From positions 6,124 through 70,123 of the forward strand of contig QZKQ01000056.1 in assembly GCA_003599535.1 (NCBI GenBank): DNA of 64,000 nucleotides, given 5' to 3'. Made by a program: the position numbers and the translations under genes. This document shows, in pieces, positions 1 through 8,906 of this stretch (its first letter is position 1; each line of letters begins with the position of its first letter). This DNA comes from Candidatus Zixiibacteriota bacterium (GTDB lineage: Bacteria > Electryoneota > B3-LCP). The notes under the pieces are model-generated. The model did no database searches. It had not been told where the DNA came from and saw only the letters and a program-made list of their open reading frames with translations.

Positions 1-135
1 GGGGGCAAGCCGCATTTCCTGATCGAAGACCGGCTGGATGACCGGGAATGGCTGACAGGGCTTATTCGCCTCGCCTGGCAGGAGACGCCGATGCCGAAAC
101 CGAAGCCGGAGAAGAGCCGTAAAAGGGTAAAATAG
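1..135 (+). CDS. 3-prime end of a CDS truncated by the window edge; hypothetical protein
   Basis: Frame 1 is open from nt 1 to TAG at 133-135 (GGKPHFLIEDRLDDREWLTGLIRLAWQETPMPKPKPEKSRKRVK*). Codon usage matches the high-GC neighbours. Confidence 0.3.
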   Translation, partial: GGKPHFLIEDRLDDREWLTGLIRLAWQETPMPKPKPEKSRKRVK

Positions 136-196
136 TCCTTGCCGAACCGGTATCGAAGTGAATGTGTCGGATGGCATTTTTTTTTGGAGAGATGGT

Positions 197-877
197 ATGA
201 CAAGACCGACATCGCCGGCGGTGAAAACCTTCGGTTTCTGGTCCGCTGTGCTGGCCACCGTGTTCAGCCTCACGTACATCGTTGGTCAATTGGCAGAGTG
301 GTTGGGTTGGTTGGGATCCGCGGGAGGGCCGGAGAGCGCCAGCACGCCTTTGGGGCTTGTCGTGCTCCTGACCCCTTCGCTATTCCTGGGGCCGTCATTT
401 CTGGTGCTCGTGCTGAGCATCCACCAACTGTCGTCTCCTGATCGAAAGATCTGGAGCCATACAGCGGTGGCGTTTGCCACGGCTTACGCGGTCCTGATTT
501 GCCTCAACTATTACGTTCAGCTCACCTTGGTGGCGCCCCGGATCGCCGCGGGTCGGGTAGAAGGAATCGAGCCGTTCCTGTTCACTCCATTCGATTCATT
601 CCTTTACTCCGTGGATCTTCTTGGGTACAGCTTCATGAGCGTGGCTACACTGTTCGCCGCCGGGGTATTCACCGGCAGGGGCATCGAAAGAGTCGCGCGC
701 ATCTTCCTGATCGCCAATGGATTATTGCTCCCGTTTCTGGCGCTGCAGATCTACTTCCATTGGATGATCTGGATCGCGGCGCTGTGGGCCGTGACCTTCC
801 CCGGGTCAACATGGACCCTGGCTCTCATCTTCAAGCGCGCCACGGCGACAGGATCAGGTCGCGGCACGGCGGGATGA
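197..877 (+). CDS. polytopic membrane protein, function unknown
   Basis: ATG at 197 is preceded by GGAGAG; the ORF could extend to GTG at 158. It has multiple hydrophobic helices (AVLATVFSLTYIVGQ, LVVLLTPSLFLGPSFLVLVL, IWIAALWAVTF). Confidence 0.5.
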   Translation: MTRPTSPAVKTFGFWSAVLATVFSLTYIVGQLAEWLGWLGSAGGPESASTPLGLVVLLTPSLFLGPSFLVLVLSIHQLSSPDRKIWSHTAVAFATAYAVLICLNYYVQLTLVAPRIAAGRVEGIEPFLFTPFDSFLYSVDLLGYSFMSVATLFAAGVFTGRGIERVARIFLIANGLLLPFLALQIYFHWMIWIAALWAVTFPGSTWTLALIFKRATATGSGRGTAG

Positions 878-1092
878 CCGGACTGAGGACAAAACAGACC
901 ATTGTCGGAATTTCCATCCAAGCCCATGGAGCCATCCGGAGGCTTTTGGTTTGCCCTCTGCCGGGTTCCGCCGGTATATCGGCGGCCTTCCGGCTCACGG
1001 GAGGAATTGCGCTTCGTATCACATGCAGCCGCAGCTTCAGGAGAAATGCTGTCGGCTGCCGTAGCCAAATCCATTCTCGAAGGAGTCTGAAC

Positions 1093-1617
1093 ATGAAGAC
1101 ACCGTTGCTCTGGATTTCTCTTCTGGTCATCGCCGCCGGAATGATGGTCGTAAACGGGCAGGAAGGAACGCCGCCCGGAATGCCGCCCATGCAGACGCCG
1201 CAGATCCCGGGTATCACCACCGCGGACCAGTTCCCCCAGGCCTGCGTGGACTGCCACCTTAATTACACCGAGATGAACATGGACGTGCGCCTGAGCACGA
1301 TCATGAAGGGCATGTCCGAAAAGGTGGATCCGGAATTGCTGAAGAAATTGCAGCCGACCGCCCCGGAAGGCGTCACCTTGAAAGGCAAACACCCCGAACT
1401 CGGCCCAGAGGCTTTCAACAACATCCCCGCATCCTGCCGGACCTGCCACAGCCCGAACTCCAAGACGGCTCCACCCGCGAAGCAGATGACCCACGTCATC
1501 CACCTGACAGGGGAAGAGAATATTTTCCTGGGCATGTTCGGCGGGGAGTGCACCCACTGCCATAAGCTGGACAAGACCACCGGCCTGTGGTCCATCCCCA
1601 GCGCGGCGGAGAAGTAG
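1093..1617 (+). CDS. small secreted tri-heme c-type cytochrome
   Basis: Signal peptide MKTPLLWISLLVIAAGMMVVNG and three CxxCH heme-binding motifs (CVDCH, CRTCH, CTHCH). AGGAG lies upstream. The longer ORF from 499 overlaps the upstream gene and looks non-coding before 1093. Confidence 0.8.
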   Translation: MKTPLLWISLLVIAAGMMVVNGQEGTPPGMPPMQTPQIPGITTADQFPQACVDCHLNYTEMNMDVRLSTIMKGMSEKVDPELLKKLQPTAPEGVTLKGKHPELGPEAFNNIPASCRTCHSPNSKTAPPAKQMTHVIHLTGEENIFLGMFGGECTHCHKLDKTTGLWSIPSAAEK

Positions 1618-1648
1618 ACTGGCTATTGCGAAGATTACTGATATGAAA

Positions 1649-1676
1649 TCCCCCGGAATCCCCCGGGGGCTTTTCA
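1649..1676 (+). terminator. rho-independent terminator after the cytochrome c gene
   Basis: cccccgg-aatccc-ccggggg hairpin followed by cTTTTc. Confidence 0.6.
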
Positions 1677-1763
1677 TTTGCCAAATCCCCCCAAAACCGC
1701 TTGACTGGAGGCCATTCTCGGGATATATTGGTTGTCAGAAGTGGAAGATAACCGGAGCCCGAC

Positions 1764-2609
1764 ATGGAGCCTGAAATATATCGGAAGCGCGCGCTGCGCA
1801 CCACCAGGACATTCCTGACCAAGGGAACCTGTTCGCAGACGCTGCTGGCCGTCTTAAACCGTGCCTACGGGCACCCCCTGCCCGTCGAAGAGGCGGCTTC
1901 CGACCCGCTGGCGGGAGGCCTGGTCCAATACGGCTACCAGTGCGGCCAGGTCTGGGGGGCGGCGCTGGCGGCCGGAGCCCAGGCGCACCGCTTGTTCGGC
2001 GCCGGCCCGGAAGCTGAAACCCGGGCCCTCATCGCCGCGCAGGGGATCGCGGCCGCGTTCCAGGCGCAGACCGGGCACCTGAACTGCCTGGAAATCACGG
2101 ATATCAGCCGGTCGTCATCCGGGCTGCGGATGTTCGCCTACTTTTTCCTGAAGGGCGGGGTCGTCGGCTGCTTCCGCATGGCCTCGCGGTTCGCTCCGGC
2201 GGCCTATGGCGCGATCGAAGCCGCCTTCGCCGCCGATCCCGGAGAAACGCCGATCCTGCCGGTCAGTTGCGCCGCCCTGACGGCCCGCCGGTTGGGCGGC
2301 TCCGACCTGCATGCCGTCATGGCGGCGGGGTTGGCCGGAGGCATCGGCCTGAGCGGGGGCGCCTGCGGGGCCTTGGGGGGCGCCATGTGGATCGCAGGGA
2401 TGCGCCAGTTCCAGAAAGCCGGCAAGCTGGCCTACAAGGACCCCGCCGTGGTGCGGGTCATGGAAAGATTCCAGACCTGCTCCGGCTATGAATTTGAATG
2501 CGCCAAAATCGCCGGCCGGAAATTCGCCGGCCCCGCCGACCATGCCGCGTACCTATGCGAAGGGGGCTGCGCGAATATCATAAACGCGTTAAGCTCTGAA
2601 GGTAAATAA
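1764..2609 (+). CDS. C_GCAxxG_C_C-family putative redox-active protein
   Basis: Gly/Ala-rich protein with conserved Cys and a GGACGALGGAMW segment that resembles the C-GCAxxG-C-C signature. Family assignment is from memory and not verified. Confidence 0.5.
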   Translation: MEPEIYRKRALRTTRTFLTKGTCSQTLLAVLNRAYGHPLPVEEAASDPLAGGLVQYGYQCGQVWGAALAAGAQAHRLFGAGPEAETRALIAAQGIAAAFQAQTGHLNCLEITDISRSSSGLRMFAYFFLKGGVVGCFRMASRFAPAAYGAIEAAFAADPGETPILPVSCAALTARRLGGSDLHAVMAAGLAGGIGLSGGACGALGGAMWIAGMRQFQKAGKLAYKDPAVVRVMERFQTCSGYEFECAKIAGRKFAGPADHAAYLCEGGCANIINALSSEGK

Positions 2610-2611
2610 CC

Positions 2612-3001
2612 ATGCCCCTCCGCATCATCCGCCTCGGCACGCCGCGTATCAAAGATGAGGGCCTGCGCCTGGGCACGGTCCGCCGGCCGCCCCGGGGCGT
2701 GCCCAAAGCGCAGTTCGCGGCGCAGAACTGGTACGACGTCTGGTTCCCCACCCTGGCTCCCAGCGCCGAGACCGTGAAGCTCGGGCTGACGGCCCAAACC
2801 GAAGCCCAGTGGAGGGCCTACGCCCGCAAGTATAAGTCCGAGATGGCTCGGCCGGACGCCGCCCACGCCCTGGACCTGCTGGCCGCCCTGTCCCATACGG
2901 CCAACTTCTCCCTGGGCTGCTACTGCGAAGACGAGAGCCGTTGCCACCGCTCCATTCTGCGGGAACTGCTGATGGAACGGGGCGCCCGGATAGAGCGATA
3001 A
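2612..3001 (+). CDS. DUF488-family protein
   Basis: About 130 aa; IIRLGTPRIKDEGLRLGTVRRPPRGV...WFPTLAPS...F..GCYCEDESRCHRSIL matches the DUF488 pattern. Confidence 0.6.
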   Translation: MPLRIIRLGTPRIKDEGLRLGTVRRPPRGVPKAQFAAQNWYDVWFPTLAPSAETVKLGLTAQTEAQWRAYARKYKSEMARPDAAHALDLLAALSHTANFSLGCYCEDESRCHRSILRELLMERGARIER

Positions 3002-3022
3002 CGAGGTAAAGGCACGTGGGAA

Positions 3023-3592
3023 ATGGATATCGCCCTTAGTCTCATCGCCGGCATCTGCCTGGCGGCCGCGACCGGCTTCCGAGTGTTCGTTCCCCTGCTG
3101 GGGATGAGCATCGCGGTGCTGGCCGGCTGGATGACGCCCTCCCCCGGGTTCGAGTGGGTCGGTTCCGGACCGGCGCTGATCGCCTTCGCCACGGCCACTG
3201 CCGTCGAAATCGGGGCGTATTACATCCCCTGGCTGGATAATGCCCTGGACGCCGTGACCACGCCCCTGGCGGTCGCTGCCGGCGTGATGGCGGCCGCCGC
3301 GCTGATCGGCGATACTTCACCGCTGCTGAAATGGGTGTTGGCTATCATCGCGGGAGGCGGCGTATCCGGCATCGTCCAGGGCGGCACCGTGGCCTTGCGC
3401 GCCGCCTCCACCGGCGGCACGGGCGGGTTGACCAACCCGTTGATATCCACGCTGGAGCTGACCGGAGCCGTCATCATCACCATTCTCGCCATTGCATTAC
3501 CGGTCCTGGGTCTGGCCCTCGTCGTCTGGATCTGCTACAGGATGATCGCGTTCATGGGCAAAGCACCGCCGTTCAGGAAGCGGTCAACGTAA
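3023..3592 (+). CDS. DUF4126-family membrane protein
   Basis: Gly/Ala-rich TM segments (GFRVFVPLLGMSIAVLAGW, AGGGVSGIVQGG...) typical of DUF4126. Confidence 0.55.
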   Translation: MDIALSLIAGICLAAATGFRVFVPLLGMSIAVLAGWMTPSPGFEWVGSGPALIAFATATAVEIGAYYIPWLDNALDAVTTPLAVAAGVMAAAALIGDTSPLLKWVLAIIAGGGVSGIVQGGTVALRAASTGGTGGLTNPLISTLELTGAVIITILAIALPVLGLALVVWICYRMIAFMGKAPPFRKRST

Positions 3593-3655
3593 AAGCCAAA
3601 TCACGACCCATTCGCCGCCATGGAAGAGAAAGCGGGGTAACCGGGTCAGTTGTTT

Positions 3656-3690
3656 TAAAAGCTCCCTGAACTACTTTAGGGAGCTTTTTT
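3656..3690 (+). terminator. rho-independent terminator
   Basis: gctccctgaactactttagggagc hairpin followed by TTTTTT. Confidence 0.75.
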
Positions 3691-3728
3691 ATATTTATGA
3701 AAGTTATCGCATAATGAGTGAATATCAC

Positions 3729-3756
3729 TTGACAAACGCATGCGTCATTATGTAAT
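3729..3756 (+). promoter_or_regulatory. candidate sigma70-type promoter for the 3865 T9SS cargo gene
   Basis: TTGACA, a 16-nt spacer, then TGTAAT in an AT-rich intergenic stretch. Confidence 0.3.
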
Positions 3757-3864
3757 TTGATAATGCATGAGCGGGTCGCTGGGTAAGGGCGGCCCATCTC
3801 TGTTTGGGGGATTCACATTTCATCGAACGGCGCAAATAACGACTATACATACTTGGAGGTAGCG

Positions 3865-5700
3865 ATGAAAAATTGCTCCCCTTTATTAATCCTGGCCGCA
3901 TTGTGCCTGGACAGCCTTGCGGCCTTAGCCCAGCCGCCGGACACGCTTTGGACCCGATTCTACGGTCAACAGACTGAAAGCGAATTTTATTCCATAGCAA
4001 ATTGCGAACCGTATCGGACAGGTTATGTTTTGGGAGGCTACCTGCGTAGCGGCGCGTGGGATGGCTATATTTGGGTCGTCAAAATTGACTGCGACGGAGA
4101 TATCGAATGGGAGTTCGTCCGGACAATGCCCAGTTATTTTTCCGCATGCAGACAGGTGTTGCCCGTAGCGGATGGATATATTATTGTGGGCACAAGTGAC
4201 TATGGGGTCGGAAGTACCGATGGATACATAGGGAAGTTGAATCTAAGTGGTAATCTCCTTTGGGAGACGATATACACTACTACAATAGATAGTCTTGTTT
4301 TTAATTGCGTCACCGAAAGTCACACGGCAGGCTATACGGTTGGTGGTTATTATCGCGATTGGATAACTCCTGAATGGCACCTGGACGGTATCATGCATCA
4401 AGTCGCTGCCAATGGGGATAGCCTTTGGTCAACCATTTATGGTGCGCCCGGTTGGTATCACGAATTCCGGTCCATTCAAAAATCCACTGGCAACGGCTAT
4501 ATACTGGCAGGTGATATGGGATTTGGCGGACCGGCGAATATGCTGCTGGTGAAGATGGACATAAACGGCAATGTGTTATGGGATCAAGTTTACATCGTCA
4601 CCGACTACCAGTCGGCCAAGTCGGTCAAGCAAACGGCAGAAGGCGGGTACATTATGGCCGGTGATGCCAGGCCCGCTGGAAGTTCGTCGAATGCCTTCGT
4701 GGTGAAAACCGATTCTCTGGGTGAATTCGTATGGTGGCATGAATACAACAGCTACAGCGTGTGGAATGATATATGTGTGGAAATTACCCAGACGCCAGAG
4801 GGCGGCTATTTTCTGGCATGTAATGCCGATTCGGCGGACCTGGGCGGTTTCTATGCCGTGAAAATTGATGGCAATGGAGCGCAGCAATGGGACAGCCTGT
4901 ACACTTTTACTCCTTCGGATGTATGTAATGCCGGTATTCCCGCTAGTCCCTGGGGCAGCGGTTATATCATGGCCGGATCCGGTGAAAACAGCATTGGTTT
5001 AAAATCGGGTTACGTCGTGCGCCTGGGCAACGGATCCCAGATGGAGATGACCATCATCCCGGAGTACCCCCAGATCATCATCCCCCCCGGCGGCGGCAGC
5101 TTTAATTTCCAGATCTCCCTGACCAACCACGGCCAGACGGCCCAGTTGTTCGACGTCTGGACCGCCGGCATCAAGCCCAACGGGCAAACCACCGCGCCCA
5201 AGCTGGGCCCGATCTACAACTGCCAACTGGGGCCGGGCATGACCTGGACCAGCACCTTAAAGACGCAGAACGTTCCCGGGGCCGCCCCCCCGGGCACCTA
5301 TCAGTACGCCGGCTTTCTGGGGGATTACCCCGATACCGTGTACTCCAGCAACAGCTTCCCCGTGATCAAGATGGGCAGCGGATCGGATCAGTCTGGGGAT
5401 GATTGGGATCTTGCTGGGGCGGAGGCTGCGGTTCCCCCGGACAACTACAGCCTGGAAGTACACCCCAACCCCTTCAATGCTACAGCGCAGATCCGCTTCG
5501 CCCTGCCGCAGGAGGGCTGGACCCGGGTGGCGGTGTACGACGTCAACGGCCGGGAAGTGGCCCGCCTGTGGGACCGCTGGACGCCGCAGGGGTACTTCAC
5601 CGTCCCCTGGGAAGCATCAAATCTGCCCAGCGGCATCTACTTCGCCCGGCTGACCACCGGCGGACACAGCCAGTCGCTGAAACTGCTGCTGGTGAAGTAG
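3865..5700 (+). CDS. secreted beta-propeller-repeat protein with T9SS C-terminal sorting domain
   Basis: Signal peptide MKNCSPLLILAALCLDSLAALAQ with GGAGG RBS. Repeated GYILAGD/GYIMAGD-like blades. C-terminus VHPNPFNATAQIRFALPQEGWTRVAVYDVNGREVARLW...SGIYFARLTTGGHSQSLKLLLVK matches the Por_Secre_tail (T9SS CTD) pattern. The ORF-track start at 3853 is TTG; ATG at 3865 is preferred. Confidence 0.75.
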   Translation: MKNCSPLLILAALCLDSLAALAQPPDTLWTRFYGQQTESEFYSIANCEPYRTGYVLGGYLRSGAWDGYIWVVKIDCDGDIEWEFVRTMPSYFSACRQVLPVADGYIIVGTSDYGVGSTDGYIGKLNLSGNLLWETIYTTTIDSLVFNCVTESHTAGYTVGGYYRDWITPEWHLDGIMHQVAANGDSLWSTIYGAPGWYHEFRSIQKSTGNGYILAGDMGFGGPANMLLVKMDINGNVLWDQVYIVTDYQSAKSVKQTAEGGYIMAGDARPAGSSSNAFVVKTDSLGEFVWWHEYNSYSVWNDICVEITQTPEGGYFLACNADSADLGGFYAVKIDGNGAQQWDSLYTFTPSDVCNAGIPASPWGSGYIMAGSGENSIGLKSGYVVRLGNGSQMEMTIIPEYPQIIIPPGGGSFNFQISLTNHGQTAQLFDVWTAGIKPNGQTTAPKLGPIYNCQLGPGMTWTSTLKTQNVPGAAPPGTYQYAGFLGDYPDTVYSSNSFPVIKMGSGSDQSGDDWDLAGAEAAVPPDNYSLEVHPNPFNATAQIRFALPQEGWTRVAVYDVNGREVARLWDRWTPQGYFTVPWEASNLPSGIYFARLTTGGHSQSLKLLLVK

Positions 5701-5727
5701 CAGAGCAATCGCTCGGGTGTTTTCTTT

Positions 5728-5760
5728 GAAGCCCTCCTGGATGGAGGGCTTTTCTATTTG
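5728..5760 (+). terminator. rho-independent terminator
   Basis: gaagccctcc-tggat-ggagggcttt hairpin followed by TTTTC. Confidence 0.7.
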
Positions 5761-5779
5761 CAAAATGAAAGCAAATACC

Positions 5780-5808
5780 TTGACAATAATTGAACTTTTG
5801 AGTATATT
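5780..5808 (+). promoter_or_regulatory. sigma70-like promoter
   Basis: TTGACA (5780-5785), a 17-nt spacer, TATATT (5803-5808); it lies upstream of the strong RBS AAGGAGG of the 5877 ORF. Confidence 0.45.
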
Positions 5809-5876
5809 GACCAGCAGTGTGATCGGGGAAGCCGGATCCGTTCGGATCAATCCGTTCCGAAAGGAGGAGAAGAGCC

Positions 5877-6161
5877 ATGAGCCGTCCCTCCGTAGCGCAG
5901 GCGGCCTCGCGCCTCTGCTTTGGCCTGGCCGTCATCGGCCTGCTGTTCGCCCTGTGGGGGGGGTGCCAGTGGTACCAGGCCGGTACGCAGGCGGACGAGG
6001 CCCTCCCGGTTCTGGGGGCGCTGACAGAATATCACCGGGATATGCGGGTGGTGGGGGCGCAGATTACGTTGATAATCGGCGCCGGCGTCATGATCACGGC
6101 GGGGAGTGTGGCCTGGTTCGCCCGGGGAAAAGCAAAGAGAGCAGCGAATCATGAACCGTGA
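5877..6161 (+). CDS. small two-TM membrane protein, hypothetical
   Basis: Strong RBS (aaaggaggag) and two hydrophobic segments (LAVIGLLFALWGG; ITLIIGAGVMITAGSVAWF). It overlaps the next gene by 11 nt. Confidence 0.4.
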   Translation: MSRPSVAQAASRLCFGLAVIGLLFALWGGCQWYQAGTQADEALPVLGALTEYHRDMRVVGAQITLIIGAGVMITAGSVAWFARGKAKRAANHEP

Positions 6162-7098
6162 TGCGAGGTCCCGTAGCAACGGGAAACGTCCTGTTCGCGG
6201 CTCCACAACGAGGCGTCCCACCGCCCGGATAGTGGCCGCTGCCGCGCTGTCCGCGCTCCTGCTTATTGCTTTCTCTGCTGCGGCCGGGCCGCCGGCCGAA
6301 ACAACCGGCCCCGATTTCCTGCTCGAGCGGGGTCCCAAGGCGCAGATTCTGTACCTGGGAGTGTTTCATTTCGATTATCCCGGGCTGGACGTCCATCAAT
6401 CGGCCCACCAGGTGGACGTGATGGCTCCGCAGCGCCAGCGGGAGATCGCAGAGTTGGTGGAGCTGCTGGCTCGGTACCGGCCCACCCGGATCGCGGTGGA
6501 GGCCACCCCGGACCGCCAGCCGTTCCTCGATTCGCTCTACCGAGAATTCCACGCCGGCCGGTGGGATCCGGCGCGCAACGAAATTTACCAGCTCGGCTTC
6601 CGGCTGGCCCGGCGCCTGGGCCACGCCAAAGTGTACGCCGTGGATGCGGAACGGCATCCGTTCTTCGTGGACCTGGCCCGGGAGCAGCTGGAGCCGCGGG
6701 CGGAAGAACTGTTCGCTACGGACCGGGAATGGCGGGAGCGCTTCGACCGGTGGCGCAGCTACGAAGATTCGACCGCGGCCGAGCGCGGGGAAACCCTGCG
6801 CCGGATGTTCCTGCAGATGAATTCGCCCCTTCAGATCAACCGCGCCCATTTGAGTTACTCCGTGGGCTTCTTCAAATTCGATGGAGAAGAGGGCGGTTAC
6901 CTGGGCGCGGATTTCGTCTCAGGCTGGTACAACCGCAACCTGCGCATTTTTCGCAACCTGCAGCGCATCACGGAATCTCCCGGGGACCGGATTCTGTTCC
7001 TGGTGGGATCGGGGCATCTCCCTCTCCTGCACTTCATCACGCAGCATTCCCCCGAGTACGATCTGGTCGAAGTGGCCGATTACCTGGGGCAGGAGTGA
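6151..7098 (+). CDS. hypothetical secreted protein, possibly TraB/GumN-like fold
   Basis: N-terminal Arg-rich region followed by a hydrophobic signal/anchor (IVAAAALSALLLIAFSAAAG). ...ILFLVGSGHLPLL near the C-terminus resembles TraB/GumN-type proteins. The assignment is weak. Confidence 0.45.
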   Translation: MNRDARSRSNGKRPVRGSTTRRPTARIVAAAALSALLLIAFSAAAGPPAETTGPDFLLERGPKAQILYLGVFHFDYPGLDVHQSAHQVDVMAPQRQREIAELVELLARYRPTRIAVEATPDRQPFLDSLYREFHAGRWDPARNEIYQLGFRLARRLGHAKVYAVDAERHPFFVDLAREQLEPRAEELFATDREWRERFDRWRSYEDSTAAERGETLRRMFLQMNSPLQINRAHLSYSVGFFKFDGEEGGYLGADFVSGWYNRNLRIFRNLQRITESPGDRILFLVGSGHLPLLHFITQHSPEYDLVEVADYLGQE

Positions 7099-7246
7099 TT
7101 TTCGCACTCATCCCGGGACGATGGCCATGGACTTGGTGAGCGGATGGCCGCCCGTCCCGCCCGCCGCACTGGCGAACCCCGGTACAGGCCTCGAACGGCC
7201 GCTTGTTTCCATTGGAGCTGGAGTATTTTTATGGTGAGGAGGAATT

Positions 7247-8188
7247 ATGTTGACGCCCGAGCAAATGGTCAGCCTGCAGGCTGAAAGGCATTCCCTGGTA
7301 TTAGACGATCATATTCGCACGGAAGAAGAGTACGTGCTGCACCTGATTCATACCGCCGCCTATGCCCACGCCGCCCGCCTGGTCGAGGGGAAAAGGGTGC
7401 TGGACCTGGGGTGTAACACCGGCTACGGGTCGCAGATCCTGGCGCGGTCCGCCGCCCGGGTCACGGGAGTGGACGTGTCCGGCAAGGCTATCGCGCTGGC
7501 CCGGAAGCGTTACGCCGGACCCGGAATCGCTTTCCACGTGATTGACGGGATGCACTTGCCCTTCGAGGGCAGCGAGTTCGAGGTGGTGGTCAGCTTTCAG
7601 GTCATCGAGCACATCGCGGATCATGCCCGATACCTGGGCGAGCTGCGCCGGGTCCTGGCGCCCGAGGGCTTGGCAGTTTTTACCACGCCCAATGCCCGGC
7701 TGCGGCTGGCCCCCGGCATGAAGCCGTGGAACGAATTCCACGTCCGCGAATTCGATCATGCCGAGCTCGCGGAGCTGCTGGTCGGCTACTTCCCGCACGT
7801 GGAAGTCTACGGCTTGTTCGCTCCGGAGCCGGTCTACGCCCTGGAAGCCGGCCGCCTGCAACGGGCGCGGGAGACGGCCCAGAAGGCTCAGATGCGCGGC
7901 GCCGCCGGATCCCGTCTCCAGGCCTGGAAAGCCGGAATCAAACGCCTCCTGCCCGCCGCGGCCCTGGCCCAGATCCATCGGGCGCGACGGCGCTTCGTGG
8001 TCCGCTCCGCCGGCAGTCTGGAGGCTTTCCGCGCGGCCTACGGGGTGGAGGCGCTGTTCTACCGGGAGGACAGCCTGGAGGCGGCGCTGGACCTGATGGC
8101 CGTATGCGGCGACAGTGAAGCGGCGCTGCGTCAGGCCCGGGAACGGCTGGCGGTGGAAACGGAATTGGATGAACGATTGCAGGCATAA
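7247..8188 (+). CDS. class I SAM-dependent methyltransferase
   Basis: VLDLGCNTGYGSQILA (motif I) and downstream acidic motif; GGAGG RBS. Confidence 0.75.
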   Translation: MLTPEQMVSLQAERHSLVLDDHIRTEEEYVLHLIHTAAYAHAARLVEGKRVLDLGCNTGYGSQILARSAARVTGVDVSGKAIALARKRYAGPGIAFHVIDGMHLPFEGSEFEVVVSFQVIEHIADHARYLGELRRVLAPEGLAVFTTPNARLRLAPGMKPWNEFHVREFDHAELAELLVGYFPHVEVYGLFAPEPVYALEAGRLQRARETAQKAQMRGAAGSRLQAWKAGIKRLLPAAALAQIHRARRRFVVRSAGSLEAFRAAYGVEALFYREDSLEAALDLMAVCGDSEAALRQARERLAVETELDERLQA

Positions 8189-8203
8189 CCAGGAGAAAGA
8201 AAC

Positions 8204-8704
8204 ATGGCAGAGACATCCCCATCCCAGGTGCTGGCCACGGTGCTGGATAACACCCGCGCCTTGACCCTGTTTTACCTCCATCACGCGGAAGATGTGGATC
8301 GCGCCCGGAACTTCACCGTCGGCGGCTTTAAAACCAACAGCATCGAGTGGATTGTGGCTCACCTGGCCTGGGCCGAAGACTTTCTCATTCTCCGCGGCGT
8401 CGGCAACCAGGGGTTGGACGTTCCCTGGTTCGAACGTTTCGCGTTGGGAGCGGAGCAGGCCGACGCGTCCGCCTATCCGCCGTTCGCCGAGGCGGTCGAA
8501 ATTTTGCACCGGGTGCACCAGCGATCCCTCGAGCTGCTGAAGACCTTGCCCGAGGCCGTCCTGGACCATGCCAACCATGTCGGGCTGGAATTCGGCGCCG
8601 GCAACAGCAATCGCATTGTCATCCAGCACTGCATCCGGCATGAGGGCGCCCATGCCGGGCACCTGGGCTGGCTGCTGCGCATGCACGGGAAGAAGGTGAT
8701 CTGA
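8204..8704 (+). CDS. DinB-family (DinB_2) metal-dependent protein
   Basis: His triad pattern (HLAWAEDF...HRVHQR...HEGAHAGHLGWL) typical of the DinB/YfiT superfamily. Confidence 0.65.
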   Translation: MAETSPSQVLATVLDNTRALTLFYLHHAEDVDRARNFTVGGFKTNSIEWIVAHLAWAEDFLILRGVGNQGLDVPWFERFALGAEQADASAYPPFAEAVEILHRVHQRSLELLKTLPEAVLDHANHVGLEFGAGNSNRIVIQHCIRHEGAHAGHLGWLLRMHGKKVI

Positions 8705-8906
8705 AAATTGGGAAGATCGGACATTAGAGCCTATCCGAATAACTCTCACCCAGGTGTCATTCCCGCAAGCGAAATGCAGTGAAGCGCGTCGGGAATCGGA
8801 CGGGATGAGGCGATTGCGAACGCGGGTGAAAACCCTTGCCGGTATGACCGGTTATTCGGATAGGTTCTTAGCCATGAGAGCTATCCGTCAAAACCTGAGG
8901 AATGCC

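Noticed and set aside
499-1092. N-terminal extensions of ORF-track entries: 499..1617 for cytochrome c, 25574..26689 for the DHFR-like protein, 56736..59825 for the Mo-oxidoreductase, 6106, 16577 and 48603..49544.
   Set aside because: The upstream parts overlap neighbouring genes and have Arg/Pro-rich non-protein-like translation. Internal ATG or GTG codons with an RBS or ATGA coupling give sensible protein N-termini.
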